In this document: in pieces, positions 35,219 through 44,312 of the stretch
How the letters are laid out: every line of letters starts with the position of its first letter
Numbering within the stretch: the stretch's first letter is position 1
From: Mycobacteriales bacterium
Lineage (GTDB): Bacteria > Actinomycetota > Actinomycetes > Mycobacteriales > QHCD01
DNA length: 64,000 nt
Assembly: GCA_036267955.1 (NCBI GenBank)
Contig: DATAVB010000086.1
Span: forward strand, 817 to 64,816
Reading direction: 5' to 3'
Notes under the pieces: generated by a model
What the model saw: the letters and a program-made list of their open reading frames with translations, nothing else
What the model was told of the DNA's origin: nothing
Database searches by the model: none
Made by a program: the position numbers and the translations under genes

Positions 35219-36375
35219 GGCCGTTCCGGGAACGTGACCCGATGACCATCGGCATTGTCGGCCTGGTGGTCATCGTCGCGTTGATCTACACCGCGTTCAA
35301 CGCGCAGAACCTGCCGGTCGTCGGGGGTGGTACGACCTACCGGGCACAGTTCAGCGAGGCCGGTGGGCTCAAGACCGAGGACGAGGTCCGGGTCGCCGGG
35401 GTGAAGGTCGGTACGGTCACCGGGGTCGATCTGGTGGCCGATCACGTCACGGTGAGCTTCCGGATCAAGGGCGCCTGGATTGGCGACAAATCAACCGCCG
35501 CGATAAGAATCAAGACCCTGCTCGGCCAGAAATATCTCGCCATCGTGCCGAGCGGTGCGCGGAAACTGTCGGCCCGTCAGGAGATCCCGCTCTCCCGGAC
35601 CACCTCGCCGTACGACGTCGTCGACGCGATCAGCCAGCTGTCGGTGGAGAGCTCGGAGATCAACACCAAACAGCTCGCGACCGCTTTGAATACGCTGTCC
35701 TCGACCTTCGCCAATACGCCGAAAGACCTGCGGCAGACCGTATCCGGGCTGTCCAAGCTGTCGAAGACCATCTCCTCCCGGGACGGCGCGCTGCGCGAAC
35801 TGCTGCGCCAGACCCGCCAGGTCAGCGGCACGCTGGCCGCCCGCAGCGGCCAGCTCACCAAGCTGATCAGTGACGGAAACCTGCTGCTGACCGAGATCAC
35901 GAAACGGCGCGTCGTCATCCACGCCCTGCTGCAGAGCACGATCACGCTCTCCAAACAGATCTCCGGCCTGGTCACCGACAACCAGAAGGATCTCAAGCCC
36001 GCGCTGACCCAGCTTTCCGGTGTGGTGAAGGTGTTGCAGAAGAACCAGACCAACCTCGACCAGAGCCTCAAGCTGCTCGGTCCGTTCGTCACCGTGTTCG
36101 CCGACACCCTCGGAAATGGGCGCTGGTTCGACACCTACCTGCAGAATCTGATCGTTCCCGGACCGGTTGACCTCGGCAGCGTCACCGGTGGGCTCTGCCC
36201 CACCTTGGGCCAGGTGACCGGCGGGCTGGACAACGTCACCAACGGGCTCGGCGGCACCGTCTCCGATCTCGGCAGCGGCCTGACCGGCAGCCTGAATTCC
36301 GTCTGCAAGGACGTGTCCGGGTCGCTGTCCGCCAGCCCGACACCGACGCCGACGAAATCCGGGGGTGGCCGATGA
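35215..36375 (+). CDS. mceC: Mce family protein MceC
   Basis: The ATG at 35215 overlaps the mceB stop. The sequence DEVRVAGVKVGTVTGV is present. The upstream 39 codons of the track ORF were rejected. Confidence 0.9.
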   Translation: MRPFRERDPMTIGIVGLVVIVALIYTAFNAQNLPVVGGGTTYRAQFSEAGGLKTEDEVRVAGVKVGTVTGVDLVADHVTVSFRIKGAWIGDKSTAAIRIKTLLGQKYLAIVPSGARKLSARQEIPLSRTTSPYDVVDAISQLSVESSEINTKQLATALNTLSSTFANTPKDLRQTVSGLSKLSKTISSRDGALRELLRQTRQVSGTLAARSGQLTKLISDGNLLLTEITKRRVVIHALLQSTITLSKQISGLVTDNQKDLKPALTQLSGVVKVLQKNQTNLDQSLKLLGPFVTVFADTLGNGRWFDTYLQNLIVPGPVDLGSVTGGLCPTLGQVTGGLDNVTNGLGGTVSDLGSGLTGSLNSVCKDVSGSLSASPTPTPTKSGGGR

Positions 36376-37637
36376 TCCTGTCCCGGATGGCGACCCGGCT
36401 GCTGTCGCTGGCGACGATCTTTGCCATCGTCCTCGGCGTGGTTTATTACTACGCCTGGCGACCCAAGCCGGTCTTCCATATTTCCGCCGACTTCACCCGT
36501 GCGGTGGGCATTTATGTCGGCTCGGACGTACGGATCCTGGGCGTCAAGGTCGGCCGGGTCGACAAGGTGACGCCGCACGGCACGTCGGTACGGGTGCAAA
36601 TGAGTGTCGCCTCCGAGCGGCAGGTGCCGGCGACGGCGCAGGCCGTCGTGGTGACGCCGTCGGTGGTGGCCGACCGATACATCCAACTGACCCCGGTCTA
36701 CACAAAGGGGGCGGTGATGCGGCCCGGCGCGCACATCGGGCTGGACCGCACCGCCGTACCGGTCGAGCTCGATCAGATCTACAAGAGCCTGGACGACCTC
36801 TCGACCGCACTCGGCCCGACCGGCGCCAACAAATCCGGGGCGTTGTCGAAGGCGCTGAAGGTCGGAGCCGCCAACCTGAAAGGGAACGGCTCGGATATCG
36901 GTCAGTCCGTGCACGACCTGTCCAAGGCCGTGCAGACTCTCAGCGGCGGCCGGTCCGATCTCTTCGGCACGGTCACCAACCTGCAGAAACTCACCTCGGC
37001 GCTGGCCGGCAGCGACGCCCAGGTGCGGACGTTCAACGGGAATCTCTCTGCGGTCGCGAGCCAGTTGGCCGGCGAGCGGACCGATCTCGGGGGCGCGCTG
37101 CACAACCTGTCGATCGCCCTGGGTCAGGTGGCGACCTTCGTCCACGACAACAAGACCGGGCTCGAGTCCAACGTGCACGGCCTCGCCCAGGTGACCAATG
37201 TGTTGGTGGCCGAGCGGGACGCGCTCGGCCGGTTCCTGGATGTCGCGCCGACCGCACTGTCCAATGTGAACGACACGTACAACGGGACCTCCGGCACGCT
37301 GGACACGCGGAACAACTTCAACCAGCTCGGCGACCCGCGGTTCGTCTGCAGTCTGCTGGACTCGTTGCCGGCGCACGACCAGTTGACGGACCTGAAGAAG
37401 ACCTGCGGCCAGCTCAGCTCGACGCTAGAGAAACTGCCGAAAGTCCCGCTGCTGAACGAGAAGCCGCCGCCACTGCCGGAGCTGCCCAAGGTGCTGCCGG
37501 ATCCGAGCCAGGTGCCGGGCGTCTCGGATCTGCCCGGCATCGCCGACAAGACGGTGCAGTCGCTCTCGGACCTCACCAACCTCAGTGGGGCGCCGCTGCT
37601 GCAGACCGTCCCGGGTCTGATCGGGGGCGGTCAATGA
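36372..37637 (+). CDS. mceD: Mce family protein MceD
   Basis: There is an ATGA overlap with mceC. The sequence SDVRILGVKVGRVDKV is present, and the C-terminus is Pro-rich. Confidence 0.9.
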   Translation: MILSRMATRLLSLATIFAIVLGVVYYYAWRPKPVFHISADFTRAVGIYVGSDVRILGVKVGRVDKVTPHGTSVRVQMSVASERQVPATAQAVVVTPSVVADRYIQLTPVYTKGAVMRPGAHIGLDRTAVPVELDQIYKSLDDLSTALGPTGANKSGALSKALKVGAANLKGNGSDIGQSVHDLSKAVQTLSGGRSDLFGTVTNLQKLTSALAGSDAQVRTFNGNLSAVASQLAGERTDLGGALHNLSIALGQVATFVHDNKTGLESNVHGLAQVTNVLVAERDALGRFLDVAPTALSNVNDTYNGTSGTLDTRNNFNQLGDPRFVCSLLDSLPAHDQLTDLKKTCGQLSSTLEKLPKVPLLNEKPPPLPELPKVLPDPSQVPGVSDLPGIADKTVQSLSDLTNLSGAPLLQTVPGLIGGGQ

Positions 37638-38842
37638 GAACCCGTCTCTGTCTGGCTCTTGCCCTGATCCTGGCCCTGGCCGGCTGCGGTTTCCACGGGT
37701 TGTATTCGGTGTCGCTGCCGGGCGGCGCCGACCTCGGCGCGAAGCCGTACCACGTGACGGTGGTTTTCGGTGACGTGCTCGACCTGGTGCCGCAGTCGTC
37801 GGTGAAGGTCAACGACGTGACGGTCGGCAAGGTCGAATCCATCAAGCTGGACGGCTGGAAGGCCAAGGTCACGCTGGCCGTCAACCGGGACGTGCACCTG
37901 CCGGCCAACAGCACCGCGCAGCTCGAGCAGACCAGCCTGCTGGGGGAGAAGTACGTCGCGCTGGTCGCGCCGCCGCGGGGCCACGGGAACCTCGCCGACG
38001 GCGACACGGTCAAGAGCAGCGGGCGCGGCGTCGAGGTTGAGGAGGTGCTCTCCGCGCTGTCGTTGTTGCTGAACGGCGGCGGAGTGACCCAGCTGCAGAC
38101 CATCAACCGCGAGTTGGGCCGGGCGTTGCAGGGTCGGGAGGGCTCACTGCGCAATCTGCTGACCCAGCTCGACCACTTCGTCGGCGGCCTGGATGCGCAG
38201 CGCTCGGAGGTGGTGCGCGCATTGACGTCGGTGAACAAACTCGCCACCACACTGGACAAACAGCGCAAGGTGCTGACCACGGCCCTGGACAAGATCCCGC
38301 CGGCGCTGAAGATCCTGGCCGATGAACGCGGCCAGCTCACCAAGATGCTGACCGCGTTGAATCGGCTCGGCACCGTCGGGGTGCAGGTCATCAACGGCAG
38401 CAAGGAGGCGACCCTGGCCGACCTGAAGGCGCTGCAGCCGACGTTGACGACCCTGGCGAATGCCGGATCCGCCCTGCCGAATTCGCTCGAGCTGTTGCTG
38501 ACGTACCCGTTCCCGGAGAACGCGCCGGACGACATCCGCGGCGACTACACAAACCTCTATGTGACGGCCGATCTGGATCTGCACGACGTGCTGCACAACC
38601 TGATCGACGGCCCCAACACCCGTACCCTGCAGGGCGGCGACGGCCCGACCACCGACCCGTCAACGGGCCCGTCGACCGCTCCGTCCAGCGGCCCGTCGAC
38701 GGCACCGACCACGACCGACCCGCCCAAGAAAAAGCAACAGCCGATCGTGCCACCGTTGCCACCTCAGGTGCCACGGCTGCCGACGATCATCGGGCTGCCG
38801 CCGGTCCTGGGCCAGATCCTGGCCGGGGTGGACGGGTCGTGA
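37634..38842 (+). CDS. mceE: Mce family lipoprotein MceE (LprN-like)
   Basis: The sequence starts MRTRLCLALALILALAGCGFHG, which contains a lipobox. The MCE domain sequence SSVKVNDVTVGKVESI is present. The ATG overlaps the mceD stop. Confidence 0.9.
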   Translation: MRTRLCLALALILALAGCGFHGLYSVSLPGGADLGAKPYHVTVVFGDVLDLVPQSSVKVNDVTVGKVESIKLDGWKAKVTLAVNRDVHLPANSTAQLEQTSLLGEKYVALVAPPRGHGNLADGDTVKSSGRGVEVEEVLSALSLLLNGGGVTQLQTINRELGRALQGREGSLRNLLTQLDHFVGGLDAQRSEVVRALTSVNKLATTLDKQRKVLTTALDKIPPALKILADERGQLTKMLTALNRLGTVGVQVINGSKEATLADLKALQPTLTTLANAGSALPNSLELLLTYPFPENAPDDIRGDYTNLYVTADLDLHDVLHNLIDGPNTRTLQGGDGPTTDPSTGPSTAPSSGPSTAPTTTDPPKKKQQPIVPPLPPQVPRLPTIIGLPPVLGQILAGVDGS

Positions 38843-40212
38843 TCACCACCAAGACCAGGTTCCAGCTGCTGCTTTTCGCGATCATTGCCGTGCTCGGAGT
38901 GTCCTATGTGGGCGTGCATTACGTCGGGTTGGGACAGAAGCTCCGGCACACCACCTACACGGTCAGCGCGGATTTCACCGACGGCGGCGGGATCTATCCG
39001 GGCGCGGACGTCACCTACAACGGGGTGCACGTCGGCAAGGTCGGGAAAATGCAGCTGCTGGCCGACGGCGTCCGGGTGCAGTTGATTATCGACAAGAGCG
39101 CGCCGCGGATCCCAGCCACAGCAGGAGCGAGCGTCAACGACCGGTCGGCGGTGGGGGAGCAGTACGTCGACCTGCGGCCGGCAAAGAATTCCTCGACCTA
39201 TCTCGCCGACGGGTCGATCATTCCGATGAATCGCAACAGCATCCCGATTTCCACGCCGCGGCTGCTGTTGAATGTCGACCAGTTGGTCAATTCCGTCGAC
39301 CGGTCGGACCTGTCGACGGTGATCGACGAGTTGGGCAAGGCCTTCGCCGGCCGTGGACAGGATCTGCAGCGGCTGATCGACGAGGGAAATCCGCTGCTGT
39401 CCGATGCGCAGAAGGCGTTGCCACAGACGTTGTCGCTGCTGGACGTGGGCAAGACGGTGCTCGACACCCAGGTCCGGTCGAAGTCCGATATCGCGAGTTT
39501 CTCCAAGAACCTCAGGTTGCTCAGCGCCCAGTTGAAATCCAGCGACCCGGACCTGCGCCGGCTGGTGCAGACCGGCCCGGCCGCCACCAATGAGGTGAAC
39601 GACCTGCTGACCGGGATACGCACCGACACCGGGGTGCTGCTGGCCAATCTGCTCACCACCAGCCAGGTCACGACGAAGCGGTTGGCCGGCGTCGAACAGA
39701 TTCTGGCGGTCTATCCGGCCGCCGTGGCCGGCGGATTCACCGTGGTCCCGGGTGACGGCACGGCGCATTTTGGATTGGCGGTCAACCTGAGCGATCCACC
39801 GGCCTGCGAGAAAGGCTACGAGAGTACGACGAAACGGGCGCCGGCCGACGGGACCGACACTCCCGCCAACACCGCGGCCGGCTGCACCGAGCCGAAGGGC
39901 AGCGGCACGGACGTCCGCGGTGCGCAGAATGCGCCGATCGTCGGCGGCCCGGAACCGGTGGCGCCGATCCCGTCCTACGCCCGGGCGCACGAGTCGCCGC
40001 AGCCCGGTGACCCGCAGGACCAGCCGGCCCCGACGAACCAGGCGCCACACCAGCCCACGGATTCGGGCTCGGCCGGCGCGTCGTCGGGCCCTACGGGCCA
40101 GCCGTCGTCGAGCCCGTCCAGCCAGGTGCCGAGTGACGAGCTGCCGATCGTGCCCGGCCTCGGTCCAGTCACCGGGATCCGCATTCCGACCATCCCCGGT
40201 CTCGGCAGCTAG
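38839..40212 (+). CDS. mceF: Mce family protein MceF
   Basis: There is a GTGA overlap with mceE. The sequence ADVTYNGVHVGKVGKM is present, and the C-terminal tail is long and Pro/Ser-rich. Confidence 0.9.
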   Translation: MITTKTRFQLLLFAIIAVLGVSYVGVHYVGLGQKLRHTTYTVSADFTDGGGIYPGADVTYNGVHVGKVGKMQLLADGVRVQLIIDKSAPRIPATAGASVNDRSAVGEQYVDLRPAKNSSTYLADGSIIPMNRNSIPISTPRLLLNVDQLVNSVDRSDLSTVIDELGKAFAGRGQDLQRLIDEGNPLLSDAQKALPQTLSLLDVGKTVLDTQVRSKSDIASFSKNLRLLSAQLKSSDPDLRRLVQTGPAATNEVNDLLTGIRTDTGVLLANLLTTSQVTTKRLAGVEQILAVYPAAVAGGFTVVPGDGTAHFGLAVNLSDPPACEKGYESTTKRAPADGTDTPANTAAGCTEPKGSGTDVRGAQNAPIVGGPEPVAPIPSYARAHESPQPGDPQDQPAPTNQAPHQPTDSGSAGASSGPTGQPSSSPSSQVPSDELPIVPGLGPVTGIRIPTIPGLGS

Positions 40213-40218
40213 CGGCAG

Positions 40219-40836
40219 TCAGGTCCGGCTGGGCGCGGCGACGAGCCGCAGGATCCGCTCCACCGTCTGCTCGGCCGGCGGCTCGGCGCCGACGTCCACA
40301 CTGGACAGACCTAGCCTTGTTAGAGCGTCGGCCATCCGTTCGTTGTAGAGCACGGCTCGGCCCAGGAACTTGTCGACCAGGCTCTGCTCGTCAGCGGTGC
40401 GCTCCCCGTACCGGCTGCCGGCATACATCCTGGCCCGCAGCAGTTCGCTCGGCGCCGTGAGCCAGAACGCGGCCACACCGGGGATCTCCAGCGTGGCGAC
40501 ATTCGGCGGCCACAGCGCCGATCCCTCCAGGACCAGCCGGCCGGCGGCCGGATCGGTCGCGTGCGCCCGGACCAGTTGCTCGATGCCCGGCCACATCCGC
40601 GTGTAGTGCTCGACGACCGCGGTGAACAGCTCGTCGACCGACAACGAACGGAAATGGTCGACGACATACGGTTTCGTGACCGGACTTCCGTCGGGCAGCC
40701 ACGGCCGGCCCGGATGGCGGGCAAGCTTGTCGGTCGAGACATAACTCCAGCCGAGCCGATCGGCCAGCCCCTGAGCCACAGTGGACTTGCCCACATTGGA
40801 CGGACCGCCGATGAGGACGACTCGCACGTCGGTCAC
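40219..40836 (-). CDS. P-loop NTPase / AAA-type small kinase-like protein
   Basis: The Walker A sequence VVLIGGPSNVGKST lies at the N-terminus. The protein is about 205 aa. Confidence 0.6.
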   Translation of the reverse strand: MTDVRVVLIGGPSNVGKSTVAQGLADRLGWSYVSTDKLARHPGRPWLPDGSPVTKPYVVDHFRSLSVDELFTAVVEHYTRMWPGIEQLVRAHATDPAAGRLVLEGSALWPPNVATLEIPGVAAFWLTAPSELLRARMYAGSRYGERTADEQSLVDKFLGRAVLYNERMADALTRLGLSSVDVGAEPPAEQTVERILRLVAAPSRT

Positions 40837-41441
40837 GGTGTGGCCAATTGCCGGAGGGCCGTCGGCGCCGCACCCTCATCGAGGCGCTGCCGGATCACGG
40901 CGGCACATTCCGCGGAGCTGAGCTTCGACGTGTCGACCTCGAGATCGTAGATTCCCGGTATGTGTACGGCGTCCTGCCACCGGTGCACCTCCGGCGGTAT
41001 CGAGCCGTCGGCCGCGTAGCTGTTCTGCCAGGTCGCGATCCGGCGTTCCATGACGACCTCGACCGGGCAGCGGACACCGACGAACAGGGCCGGCAGCGGC
41101 GCCAACCGGCGCGCGCAACGGGCCAGAATGCCGCGCGGTTGCGAATAGTTGTCGTGATGGCCGACGTCGACAACCACGTTCAGGCCGAGCCGACTCTGGG
41201 CGGCGATGGCCTCGTACAGCCCGTCATACATGGTGACGATGAGTGGCTCCAGGTCGGGACGTTCGCCGCCGGGCCGCAGCCCGATGCCCGGCTGATAGCG
41301 ATCCGGGATCGTCTCCTTGTAGCGGTCGACGCCGAGATTCAGCCACACGCCGTCGAAAATCTCCTGGATCGCGCGCGAGATACTGGATTTACCCGAGCGG
41401 GGAGTCCCGTTCAGAATCACGATCTGACCTGCCTGAGGCAT
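40833..41441 (-). CDS. Chloramphenicol 3-O-phosphotransferase (CPT)-family P-loop kinase
   Basis: The sequence QIVILNGTPRSGKSSISRAIQ ... WLNLGVDRY ... VVDVGHHD matches the pattern typical of the CPT family. The start is at MPQAGQ with RBS GGGAG. There is a 4-nt overlap with the downstream kinase gene. Confidence 0.7.
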   Translation of the reverse strand: MPQAGQIVILNGTPRSGKSSISRAIQEIFDGVWLNLGVDRYKETIPDRYQPGIGLRPGGERPDLEPLIVTMYDGLYEAIAAQSRLGLNVVVDVGHHDNYSQPRGILARCARRLAPLPALFVGVRCPVEVVMERRIATWQNSYAADGSIPPEVHRWQDAVHIPGIYDLEVDTSKLSSAECAAVIRQRLDEGAAPTALRQLATP

Positions 41442-41718
41442 GCATGTACTCCCTGGAATGTCTGGATATCGGGATGTCCTCACGGTATGGCTGTTCGCCG
41501 GGAAAAATAAGTCTTGTTCTTGGTTGCCCGATCTGATGTATTAGGCGGGGGAGGACCGGATGAGCCTCCCGGATCCCATTCCAGCGGAACCGCCATTTGT
41601 CGGCTTTGTCGCCGCGGCCGGGACATCATCGAAGAATCTTCGCCGGATTCCAACACTTCACCGGGCCGTCCGTCGTACCAAATGACTGCCCAGCAACACC
41701 CACCATGAGGTGATCGAA

Positions 41719-41907
41719 ATGGATCCCAGGTACTACATCGCCGCGCACAGCGAGCTGATCGAACGGCGGCGCTCGGCCGAGCGGGCCCGACTCGTCAGGT
41801 CGGGCGGCCCGTCCGTCGTCCGGGCGAGGGCCGGTGCGATGCTAATCCGGATGGGCTGCCGGTTGGCCCGCGACCACCGCTCCGCCCCCGCCGCCGTCAA
41901 CGCTTAG
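41719..41907 (+). CDS. Small Arg-rich hypothetical protein (62 aa)
   Basis: The sequence is MDPRYYIAAHSELIERRRSAERARLVRSGG...MLIRMGCRLA, with RBS GAGGTG. It lies 11 nt upstream of the next gene. It is weakly supported as coding. Confidence 0.35.
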   Translation: MDPRYYIAAHSELIERRRSAERARLVRSGGPSVVRARAGAMLIRMGCRLARDHRSAPAAVNA

Positions 41908-41918
41908 GAGTGATACCG

Positions 41919-42863
41919 ATGTCCGCTGACCTCGACGGCGTCGTCCGGGATCGACAGATCCTGGACCTGACCTCGCTGCAGACCCCCGAAGACGTCGACC
42001 GCATCACCGGCCTGGAGAACATCGAGTTCGTTCTCGTTCCGGCCTCGCTGGCGGCGGCGGTCGATGGAATCCCACGGCGCAATGTCGAGCAGTACGTCGT
42101 CGTACCGGACGGCGTACGGGTCCGGAGCCAGACCGGCATGCTCCAGGTCGGTGGCGGGTCGTTCAACGGCCCGGACGCGCAGAACGAGTTTCTGGTCGTG
42201 CTGGGGGCGTTGGTGTTCACTACCCCGGTCACCGACATCAAGCTGGCCGGCATCGTGGTGATCGGTGCCGTGTACGCGCCGATCGGTAGCGAGGACGCGG
42301 TCGGTGGCGCTATCACCCAGGTGATGGGCATGGTGGGTTATTACCGTTATGCCGAGGGTCAGCAGATCAAGACGTTGAGCGGACAGCCGAAGCTGAACGG
42401 CGCCGCGCTCGCCAACAAGGCCGGCAGCCCCGACGACATCCTCATAGCGGCCGGACAATTCACCGTGACCGGGCCCGTCACCGAATTGGGATACCGGGAG
42501 TTGGTCGTACTGGGTCAGGCGATTCTGCCCCGGTCCGGCGAGGACGTGCTCGGCCCCGCGCTGCAGGTCTCCGGTCAGACGATCTGGTACGGCGGAAGCA
42601 ATCCGCGGCTGTTCATGGGTAATGAGGAGTTCGGTCGGCAATTCCTCGAGCTGATCGAGGAGCCCGCGACGTTCATTCTGTTTGGCAACGCCACTTTTGA
42701 CGCTGACGTGACGCCCGAGCTGCTGCGCGAGAAGGTCGCGGAGATCGTGTTGTTCGGAACGATCGAGGGGCCGAAGAGCATCGTTCCGGTCCTGCAGTAT
42801 CTGACCACCGAGAAGTTCGGCACCATCAACGCACTTGAGGACTCCGCCGGTGACGCGGGATGA
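41919..42863 (+). CDS. Uncharacterised protein with three internal ~53-aa repeats, coupled to the ECF sigma gene
   Basis: An AGGAG RBS is present. The repeats read NEFLVVLGALVFTTPVTDIKLAGIVVIGAVYAPIGSEDAVGG, DDILIAAGQFTVTGPVTELGYRELVVLGQAILPRSGEDVLGP and PATFILFGNATFDADVTPE..IVLFGTIEGPKS. The 3' end overlaps the sigma gene start. Confidence 0.6.
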   Translation: MSADLDGVVRDRQILDLTSLQTPEDVDRITGLENIEFVLVPASLAAAVDGIPRRNVEQYVVVPDGVRVRSQTGMLQVGGGSFNGPDAQNEFLVVLGALVFTTPVTDIKLAGIVVIGAVYAPIGSEDAVGGAITQVMGMVGYYRYAEGQQIKTLSGQPKLNGAALANKAGSPDDILIAAGQFTVTGPVTELGYRELVVLGQAILPRSGEDVLGPALQVSGQTIWYGGSNPRLFMGNEEFGRQFLELIEEPATFILFGNATFDADVTPELLREKVAEIVLFGTIEGPKSIVPVLQYLTTEKFGTINALEDSAGDAG

Positions 42864-43380
42864 CGACGCGCGGACCTTCGCGCGGATCTACGACGAACAC
42901 CGGACCGCCGTACACGCCTATTTCCTCGGCCGTACCAGCGATCCGGAGATCGCCGCGGACCTGATGCAGGAAACCTTTCTGCGGACCTGGCGCCGGCTGC
43001 CCGAGGTCGCCGATCTCGACGACGATCGGCGCCGGGCGTGGATCTTCACCGTGGCGCGCAATCTGACGATCGACACCTACCGCAGCCGGGCGACGGCGAA
43101 GGCCACCCAGGCCGCCCTGCAACGGTCCGCGCCGACCGCCGCACCGGATCACGAACAGCCCGACTCGCAGGCGGAGCTGGCTGAACACGTCGCCGCGCTG
43201 GACAAGGCGATCGCCGCGCTGCCGGACAAACTTCGTACCACCCTGACCATGCACGCGGCGGGCGGAATGAACAGTGCCCAGATCGCCAAGGCGCTGGGCG
43301 AACCGGCCGGCACGATCCGGTACCGGCTGAGCCAGGCCCGGCAGCGCCTTGCGGCGACCCTCTTGACCGTGGAGGCTTGA
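42850..43380 (+). CDS. ECF-type RNA polymerase sigma factor
   Basis: Region 2 reads DLMQETFLRTWRRLPEV...RRAWIFTVARNLTIDTYR. Region 4 reads LRTTLTMHAAGGMNSAQIAKALGEPAGTIRYRLSQARQRL. The start is GTG 42850 (RBS GAGGA) or TTG 42835. Confidence 0.85.
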   Translation: MTRDDDARTFARIYDEHRTAVHAYFLGRTSDPEIAADLMQETFLRTWRRLPEVADLDDDRRRAWIFTVARNLTIDTYRSRATAKATQAALQRSAPTAAPDHEQPDSQAELAEHVAALDKAIAALPDKLRTTLTMHAAGGMNSAQIAKALGEPAGTIRYRLSQARQRLAATLLTVEA

Positions 43381-43383
43381 GCC

Positions 43384-43593
43384 ATGCCACTCGGACTGGA
43401 TCAACTGCTGGAAGCGTGGGGCACCGCGCAGCGGCTGAGCCCGCAGCGGGCCGACCGCATCCGGGCCGAGATCATCGCGCCGCCGGCGTTACCGACGGCC
43501 TGGTGGGTCGACTTCAACGGCCGGCTGGCCGGCGCCTTCCTGCAGTCGAACGGTGTCGCGAGCATTCCGGCCACGGCCGAAGTGGCGGCCTAG
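43384..43593 (+). CDS. Small protein in the anti-sigma position (69 aa, no recognisable ZAS motif or TM)
   Basis: The ATG lies 3 nt after the sigma stop. The call rests on position only. Confidence 0.4.
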   Translation: MPLGLDQLLEAWGTAQRLSPQRADRIRAEIIAPPALPTAWWVDFNGRLAGAFLQSNGVASIPATAEVAA

Positions 43594-44312
43594 ATCCGGG
43601 CGAGTCGGGTCAGGCCGGCCAGGAACGCGGCCCGTTCGGCATCGCTGAAGTCCACATAGGGCAGTGCCGCCAGCCGATTGGTCTCCGCTTCGAGCTGTTC
43701 TGCCACCGGGCCACCGTCGAGTTGTTGTACGGCGTCCGCGCTCAACCCGGCGGCCTCCCACGCCGTCACGTGCGCATCCGCGCGGTGGTAGCGCAACGCC
43801 GTGATGCGGTCGTGCAACCCGTGCGCCGCGGAATCGGCGGTATCCGGCGGTTTCATCAGCGCGAACGCCACGCCGCCGGTGGCGGCTGCGAGGGCGCGGT
43901 CGGCCAACGGCCGCAGGTCCTCGACAACGTCGGCATGGTCGGCGAAGAGTTCCCCGACCGCCGCTCCCTGCACCTTTCGGAGGCCGACCAGCAATTCCCG
44001 CCCGGTCGGGCTCGCGGCAACGACGTCACCGGAACGGATCAGCAGACCCTGCCGCACCTGCTGATCCAGCCCGGCGGCGAATTCCCCGAATGGCGCGTAC
44101 CGCGCAATGCTGTGCAACTCGGCGGCCAGCGCGGGCCCGGCGAGCAGTGGAGTCAGCAGCGGCACCAAGAGGCCACCACGCTCCAAACCCGCCGCGTGGA
44201 ACAGTTCCACCGCGGCCGGCCGGGCGATCGGGTGCACCGCGATGGTGACCCGGTCGATCTCGGGTGCGACCGCGGCGGCGAATTCGAATGCAGTCATGCC
44301 GAATTCAGTCAT
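43590..44312 (-). CDS. Hypothetical protein (possible winged-helix region)
   Basis: This 240-aa ORF has GC3-rich codon usage. It is encoded upstream of the LysE exporter gene on the minus strand, and the two ORFs overlap at 44305-44312. I recognised no motif confidently. Confidence 0.45.
   Translation of the reverse strand: MTEFGMTAFEFAAAVAPEIDRVTIAVHPIARPAAVELFHAAGLERGGLLVPLLTPLLAGPALAAELHSIARYAPFGEFAAGLDQQVRQGLLIRSGDVVAASPTGRELLVGLRKVQGAAVGELFADHADVVEDLRPLADRALAAATGGVAFALMKPPDTADSAAHGLHDRITALRYHRADAHVTAWEAAGLSADAVQQLDGGPVAEQLEAETNRLAALPYVDFSDAERAAFLAGLTRLARI

Noticed and set aside
36365-38842. 825-aa plus-strand ORF spanning mceD and mceE
   Set aside because: Its first ~420 codons are an out-of-frame overlap of mceD with Arg/Gly/Pro-rich nonsense. 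Only the part from the ATG at 37634 (the lipoprotein signal MRTRLCLALALILALAGC) is the real MceE.
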